Positions 20,497-27,395 of a stretch of 27,395 nucleotides of DNA are shown here, piece by piece. Position 1 is the first letter of the stretch, and the number at the start of each line of letters is the position of its first letter. The notes below the pieces were generated by a model. It had not been told where the DNA came from. It did not search any database and was given only the letters and a program-made list of their open reading frames with translations. Both the position numbers and the translations under genes were made by a program. The stretch is from assembly GCA_964035545.1 (NCBI GenBank), contig CAXIUT010000147.1, forward strand, positions 1-27,395, given 5' to 3'. The stretch is from Bugula neritina. Taxonomy: Eukaryota > Animalia > Bryozoa.

Positions 20497-23400
20497 AGTA
20501 CAGCGAGTAATGCCGATGCTTCTGTATTTGTGCAGAAGGCATTGAAAGGCATGAAATAGCTAACTCAGGCCGAGAAGACAATGAAGGGGTTGCACAATGA
20601 GGTCAAGGTGAGGAAGTTGGATGAAATAAATCGTATACTATAGATGGCAGTTCGAAGAGATCCTACTTCTGTTGCTGTATTCAGGTAAAATAAAATATTC
20701 ATCTATATTAAACATTTCTTTATTGAAAATGTTGCTAAGGCCCCTGCTCTTGCTTTTTTGAGATTGTTGCTGCAGTCTCAACAAGATTCTCTTATCTATC
20801 TGGTCAACAATATACCTATGATGGTGGTGAGAGTGTTGTAGCGTGATGACGGTCGTAAGGGCGGGTAGTGGGATGACGATGCGACGTAGGCTTTAAAGTT
20901 CATTGGTGAGTGGATAAGTCATATGCCTATGAGTATTCCTCGTATATTTGCCACTAGTATGGTGAGTTTGGGGGAGATGCCGGCTGTAATAGGTTTTTAG
21001 TAGAAGAAGAAAGACCATTTGTCTCAGCATATCAAGTTGCTAGTGATAGATATTTTATTGAATTTATCTGTAGGCAATTTGGATCTTTGTCTTTAGTCTG
21101 GAGGGTTTACTCTATTGGTTGGATCGATCACTGATCCGGCTGTTCAGGAGAGGAGTCAGGATATCCTGTTGAGGTTGTTGTATTTTATGAATGAGAGAAG
21201 GAGTCGATAGAAGATTTGGGTGTATGTGGATATTAAGAAGATCTTCAGTGTGTTTACTGATCTGGATTCTGTTTTTATTTAGTAGAATAATAGAAATAAA
21301 GGTAATATCGATTTTTGCTCTAAAATGCAAACCCAACTATCACTCAGTCGACAAGCTTTACTCACTCTTCTCAAAAGTTGGAATGGAATCATACTACTTG
21401 CCAACTAGCCATTGATATTGTCGACTATTTTATAGGCGTTGAAGCAGATTCCTAAACGCCAGGATTCATAGATCCGTAGAAATATATATACTTTGCTTGG
21501 CTAGTTACTCTAGATAGGTGAGGGTCTGTTGCAGGAGAATATATACCAACAATAGAGTATTTTTGTATGAATTTAGATGACTTCAGGGCTTCTAGTTTGC
21601 TGAGTTCTTATATAATTGACTTGTTGAGGTTGTTGATGCGACATGACTTGTTTAAGTTGTTGATTTAGTTGAGTGGAGTCGAAGAGAGGACTGTAGCTTA
21701 GCCTGCTCAGAAGTTGCTGAAGAAATTATCGATATATATGTTTAACTTTTTACCTGATGCGGCTAATTACATGGACTTCTTGATATCGGCAGGAACGAAA
21801 GTGGGTCCTGGTAGTGCAATTCTAAAGTATTCAAGTTCATTTATCGTGAGCAAGATTGGTAACTATGTGTTTGAAGACACCAAATAGCTTAAAAATTTAT
21901 TTCTTTGTGAGTTGTAGAACATATTTAATCCTGATTCATTTTTTGTTCCTTTGAAAAGATCGTCTGTGGTATCAGTTTGTAAAAATTTAAACTTCTTGGC
22001 ATATCGATAGATTCCTAACTATCGTCGCAAACTGCTAGATTTGAAGCCTATTCCTAAATAGCATAAATAAAATTTTAAATATTGGGACTGGAATGTGATT
22101 ATAGATTTGCTATCCTTTCCTGATGTGTAGAAGTAGGGGTCTAAGCCGGATGGCAATGACAAGTATCGTTAGTTTAAACTATTTAAATATTTGCTTAGAT
22201 TTTATTCTCCATTAAGAGGCAATTTTTCATAGCAGAAATGGTCTTTTGATAACTTGGTGTATATTAAAGCAGGTAAACTACTTATTCAGAATACATTGAT
22301 GATACCTGACAATTTGGCTTTGGTTCGTAATCCTCCTGAATCGCAATTCGAGTGTACGGTTAGTTTTATGGGTTAGTTAGAGAAGACTCTTTAAAATGCT
22401 TTATAGTTATCGATTAAAAATAGCTATCATTACTATTCTAATTTTTTTAAGAAGTTATAAAGACAGTTGATAGTTTGGATAGGTTCTTTTACGATGACTA
22501 AGGTAGGTTATGAGTCATTGATATGCTAGAATAACTTCTTTTAGATAATGTATAAATATATGAAATACAAGGAGTGTAGTTTTATGATAGGAGGTATTAT
22601 GTTTCAGATGGACTTCTATCGTGATTCTTTAGGGAAGAGATATAAATAGAATAATTAGGAGAAGAACATAATGGTGGGGCCTCGAACCTTATTGATTCGA
22701 TGTGTTAAGTAAGGATCCAAATATTTGAAGTTGATTAGCATAGAAATCATCAAGATGTTGTATCGAGGGGAATTGATTAGTTTTATTGACTAGGGTTTGA
22801 GGTTGTTGCTGTTGCTGGCCAGTTCTAGTAGTTAGTAGATTTGGTATCAAGCTATATAGACAATAGAGGAGTTGGTTAAAGACAAGCAGAGGTTATAGAT
22901 ATTGCTGTCTTTGTTGATCTAATACAACCATCAAAATGCATAAGGTTTTTAGACAATAAAAACAAGATTATCATCAAACATCTTTATCCGTTTATCAGGA
23001 CTGACTGAAGGATATCGTTTTATATAAAAGAGATATCCGATTTGGTTATAGCGATAGTATGAGAGATGGATGTCAAGCGAATCATCTCAGGCATATTTCG
23101 ATAATCTCTAACAACTACTGAACAATTGTTTGCATTATAGTAATAGGAAAACCCAGGGATATTGCATTTAAAATAAAAAGAAAGATTTGTTGGAATGGGC
23201 TTTTATCTATAAACTACCTTGGCTATTGTATATCAACTAGACTGAAGAGGTGCCATTGGTTGTAAAAATAGGTAATCAATCTGTTATCTTGTTTTCTTAG
23301 TTATAAAATTAGGAATACTAATTTAGATCTGTCAATAATGATAATATCATCAAAATATGTCTTGGAATGGGAGGAATTTATCTAGATCAAGGCCTCAATC

Positions 23401-24391
23401 CAGCTAAAAATAAACATTTTACCTCAATCAACCTCAACGACAACACACTAGTTACACTCTATGGTCAGTAGTATTACTGCTCATCACTAAATGGAGTCTC
23501 AGTTTATTTCTTGCTTAAACCTCAAGGAGATAGCATCCAGTAGTTGTCATCAAGTGAGGCATATGCCAATAGATATGACATTAGAAGGATACACATATAA
23601 ATAAAATTGAGTTCGTTTTCTGAAATAGAGGAGTTGCCTATCCATTTGATCCAGTAGTTGAATAAGACTGAGATGGGAATGGCATTTTTATAAAAGAAAA
23701 AACTAACTACTCACGCCTTGAAGGTCCTTGATCGCAAAGATAGTACATCATTGGATGTGCGTTCTGTGTTGTGGTCGTTGGGATATTATGGGTCGACTAA
23801 GGAGGGATTCAAGAAGTTGGTTTCTGAGGGAATTATTTAAAGAATAATAGATATGAGTATGAAGTCATCGATTTTGTCTATGAGGGGAACATGTCGTTAT
23901 GTCATGAATATGTTTTGTCATTCTTAGTAGGGAAGAAACTATCTGACTTTGAATCACTTTACTATCAATAAGAAGTTGCTATCATGCTATCCTACGGATC
24001 AGAATCTGTTATTTACTATCAATGATAATCCTAAGTAGCATATCAGTTGTAATTAATCTTTATGGAAATAATATTCTTCGTCTTTATTGCCTCTCAATGA
24101 AGGTATATTTATGTATATATAGTTGAATCTAGGCTGTTTGAGTCTATAAGTTTATTGATAAATAGTTTGTCTTCTAAGTATGCGATTGGACAGATAAAGT
24201 AGATGATAAAGGGAAGCAACAGATTGAGTTATTCTTTTGATTTGTTGAATAATGTGGTTTTGCTGATGAGTTTTTTCAAAATGAAGTATTAAGCCAGAAA
24301 AACTGTTCATTTTATTTTTGACTAGTTTTTGAAAAGTAATTAATTTGTCCATTAAACTTCAGGTAAAATCGATTATCCTCTCAGCAAATGA
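20497..24391 (+). CDS. RICTOR: RICTOR (TORC2 subunit), probably 5'-truncated at the telomere tract
   Basis: ALAFLRLLL, ALKFI...SIPRIFATSMVSLGE, SGGFTLLVGSITDP, KIFSVFTDLD, LLKSWNGII, LPIHLIQELNKTEMG, VRSVLWSLGYYGST, SILSMRGTCRYVMNM, ARKTVHFIFD. 1,285 codons after two 20-nt introns; first in-frame ATG at 20551. Confidence 0.9.
21557..21576 (+). other. 20-nt GT-AG intron (RICTOR)
   Basis: gtatttttgtatgaatttag; removal restores the frame. Confidence 0.87.
24103..24122 (+). other. 20-nt GT-AG intron (RICTOR)
   Basis: gtatatttatgtatatatag; removal restores the conserved C-terminal segment. Confidence 0.87.
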
Positions 24392-24474
24392 TCTGTCTTT
24401 ATTATTTTTATTTATATTAATAGATAAACATATCAATAATATATTAATAACTCTTAATAAAAGATTATTATCTA

Positions 24475-27204
24475 ATGAACAACAACAATCAAAATACTCA
24501 ATAGCTAAACATCAACAAGCAAGACTTATCTCATATTCTACATCTATTGTAGCAGGCACAATCGCCAAACAACCAAGTACAGGCCGAGATCTTCAAATCT
24601 TTAAAACTGATATAGTAGCATTCGATATCATATGTTTACTTGACGATTATATTCCATGATAAAACTATTGATAATACTATTCGACAGCTGGCTGGTTTGA
24701 CTTTGAATTCTTCATTGCAGAGGAATCGTTCTTTTTTGGTTTTTAGTCAAAATTAAGTCAATTTTATCAAAAAGGTAGTCTTTTAGGAAGAGTCATTCTT
24801 TTTAAGAACTGCCAAACATATGATCATTAGCAATCTTATCAGATTGAATCAGTTTGATTATGGTCTATTTGATGGAATAGTCAAAGAATTGGCATTAAAG
24901 TAAGAGAACGGGGTGATAGTTGCAGTTGTTTTGTAGGATTTGAAGTTTAATCGTGAAAATAGTAATATATTTGAGTAGTAGTAGTTTATTAACAGTCTTA
25001 GAAATGTGTATGAACAAATATTAAACATATTTTCAATCATACAAAAAGAACAACTAAAAAATAACCAAGTTAAACATCTAATGAAAACTATCAATCTTAT
25101 CATATTTCATAGTCCTAACTCACTACATCCATATATTCAACAATACTTATCAAATATCGTCAAAAACATCCTCAAACTATCTCTTACTGAATAGCTATCA
25201 CAGTAAATCATTACTTTAGCCCTTGAAGGACTTAGTTAGATCGCTGCGACTAAGCCGACTCTGGTCGATCGAGATGTTATTGATGTTATTATTGGTTATC
25301 AATATTGTATGGGTAATTCGTAAGAGATGTCAAAATACTGGACGAATATTATGATTGATTTGATTGATAGTGATTCTGAGGGGATGTTAGTTTCAGCTCA
25401 ACTATTGGTTGTGAGTCGAGGGATCGAAGGCATGAGATGGAGATAGAGTGATGGGAAAAGGATCAAATAGGAGATGCAGATGTAGTATAATCCATTTAGT
25501 TAAGAAGATACTGATTAATAGATGTTTGATAAAGACAAAGGATGTATGATTGGGGATAGTTTGAGGAAATTATCCTTTATTTTGATATAAAAAATATCTA
25601 ACAACTATCCTTAAAACTTCTGGAGTAGTTGGAGTTCTAAAATAGATGCAATCATTTTATCGTAAAACATATTTGAAGTGTAACTTTTCTTATATCATAG
25701 ATAAACTGGAATATCATTTATAGGTATAATTATGGACAGTTGTATTGACTAAATCCAACCATCACTAAAATAGATAACATCATATCTTCTAAAAGCTATC
25801 AAGTAATCTTCTTCTTACCTTATCAAAGCATCTAGTTTATGGACTTTGTAGAAGATGTTGCCTTATAATATATAAACATCGGTTGTTGGTTAGTGTTTGC
25901 AGATACTTCGAGATCAACTTGATCAATTGAACCAGTTTGATAGGAAGGTAGAGAAAATGATGTACTAGTAGGCCTCTATCAGTTTTCTTGATTAAATATT
26001 GGATAAGGATTGTAGTAGGACTTTATTTTAAAACGATTGTTTGGCATTAAAACAAGTTATATAGATTTTGGTCTATAATATGTACATTTCTTAAGGTAGA
26101 GTTCTAATATCAATTTTCAAAACTATAAGTACTATATTTTAAACTAACTTTCCTTAACAAGTCTTTACTCTTGACTTATTTACTATCTTAATAAAATCTC
26201 TTCAAGCCAAATGGTAATCAAATCCTTTGAAAGATTCCACAGTCTGTCCCATTCTCGAATGTCTGATCACAGCCTGTGAAAGCAAACCTCAATATTTCAA
26301 ACCATACATACCAATCTACTTCCAGACATCGCTTGCTTGTCTAAATAATAAGTAGCGATTGGCAGTGGTACTTCGAGCGATTGATTTTATATCGTCTTTG
26401 ATCAATAAATCATAAGGTGAGTTGTAGCAATATGTTTTATGTGAGGGTATGTTGGGGTAGGTGTATAACTTGTTGTTGTGTGAGGAGAGGCAGATAAGAC
26501 ATTTTGCCTATGGATTGGTTAGTGATATATCTAGAAAATACAATATATCGTTGTATGTATAAAAATTTATATAAACTGTTGCCAAAAGTATTGACTAATA
26601 AGTACTAACTAGTCTTAACAATGGACTAATGTGTTTGACTAATCTACTAGTGACATATCATGCTATTACTTCACGTTTTGTTGCAGATGTGATGGACAAA
26701 GTGTTGGTAGTTATCAAGAAGCAAAAGGTATTATTAAATCTATTTATAGTTATAGTCTATTTTGGCATTTAACTTTGCTAGATGTTTCGGTCGGTTGTCT
26801 CTCTTGAATCCTCAAATGGCTAAAGAGCATTTGCTTCGTGAAGGGAGGTTGGTGAAGATGTTGTTTTTATCTTTGAGGACAAGGGAAGTCAATCAACTGA
26901 CTTCTGATAGTTTTAAGTAATTTATAATACAATATTTAGAGGATTGATAATGTCGATAATTTTGATGACTGAGTCGTAGTTGTTGAGCATATATGAGCAT
27001 TTGGAGTGTGTTGTTGATGGGTTGGTTTGCTATCCGATACGAGTTGATCCTGTGCCTTAAAATGAGCAGTTGTTGTCGATGTTTATTCAGTTTACTAAAC
27101 ATATTTATGGCATGTTAGGAGAAGAGAGGTGGAGAGGGATCATGCAGTTGCCTATATTTTTACCTGGTACGATCAAAACTCTGTCTTTGTGGTTGAATTC
27201 GTGA
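24475..27204 (+). CDS. TNPO1: Transportin / importin-beta-2 family karyopherin, 894 aa
   Basis: LSHILHLLEQAQSPNNQVQ, IRQLAGLTL, acidic loop SEEDTDEEMFD followed by SLRKLS, SSLWTL, NFARCFGRLSLLNP, DSFKGLIMSI. Two introns give 895 codons, a typical transportin length. Confidence 0.85.
26728..26749 (+). other. 22-nt GT-AG intron (transportin)
   Basis: gtattattaaatctatttatag; frame restoration. Confidence 0.83.
26917..26939 (+). other. 23-nt GT-AG intron (transportin)
   Basis: gtaatttataatacaatatttag; splicing avoids a premature TGA and gives DSFKGLIMSI. Confidence 0.85.
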
Positions 27205-27319
27205 TTATTCTTTGATATGTTATGTTATAATATATTATAAGAGATGATATTTAATATATTTTGGTCATTTCTTTCATTATATGTAAAATGGATGAATTAC
27301 GATATGATGTCATATTATA

Positions 27320-27395
27320 TGGGGTTGGGGTTGGGGTTGGGGTTGGGGTTGGGGTTGGGGTTGGGGTTGGGGTTGGGGTTAGGGGTTGGGTTGGG
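27320..27395 (+). repeat. Right telomere, (TTGGGG)n
   Basis: About 12 units at the 3' terminus, with one TTAGGGG and short TTGGG variants at the very end. Confidence 0.98.

Noticed and set aside
20390-20581. ORF with a (PT)n repeat
   Set aside because: It is the translation of the telomeric CCCCAA tract.
2351-27102. Most ORFs in the supplied track (e.g. 12540-12842, 14628-14975, 18854-19159, 24345-24659)
   Set aside because: They were computed with TAA/TAG as stops; most are off-frame or antisense shadows of longer genes and only a few are true fragments.
4936-27204. TAR=Gln (table 6) or split TAA=Lys/TAG=Glu codes
   Set aside because: TAA falls in acidic runs and Glu-conserved sites and swaps with GAA; Gln-rich regions use CAA/CAG. 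Not formally excluded without profile statistics.
10881-27204. Functional cluster of nuclear-transport and growth-control genes (Nup214, transportin, RICTOR, eIF2B)
   Set aside because: No shared regulatory signal is visible, housekeeping genes are common, and the two halves may not be truly linked across the internal telomere.
27375-27395. Telomere variants TTAGGGG/TTGGG as a mixed-repeat telomerase product
   Set aside because: Few instances, mostly at the extreme end of an error-prone sequence.
1-27395. tRNA/rRNA genes, transposons, CRISPR arrays or prokaryotic operons
   Set aside because: No cloverleaf, rRNA-like, transposase, terminal inverted repeat or repeat-spacer structure was seen; nearly all space is taken by eukaryotic genes.

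Overview
This is eukaryotic, ciliate macronuclear DNA. It has (CCCCAA)n at the left end, (TTGGGG)n at the right end and a third, right-end-oriented (TTGGGG)n tract at 20432-20496. The supplied standard-code ORF track is largely misleading. Genes open up when TAA/TAG are read as sense codons, and conserved motifs indicate both encode Glu with TGA as the only stop (peritrich-type code, NCBI table 30). About 15 tightly packed genes are visible: NHP2, a P-loop GTPase, a flavin amine oxidase, carnosine N-methyltransferase, a PH-domain protein, a small secreted protein, a Nup214-like FG nucleoporin, eIF2B-beta, a STIL-like protein, RICTOR (no ATG or leader at the internal-telomere junction), transportin and several hypotheticals. 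Introns are tiny: six of 20 nt, two of 22 nt, one of 23 nt. The left ~10 kb carries single-base homopolymer deletions typical of long-read error. Most notable: a candidate ciliate STIL/Ana2/SAS-5 centriole factor, the telomere-RICTOR junction, and a ~500-600 nt oscillation of C-rich versus G-rich blocks inside single genes. All protein identities come from manual translation and remembered motifs, not database searches.
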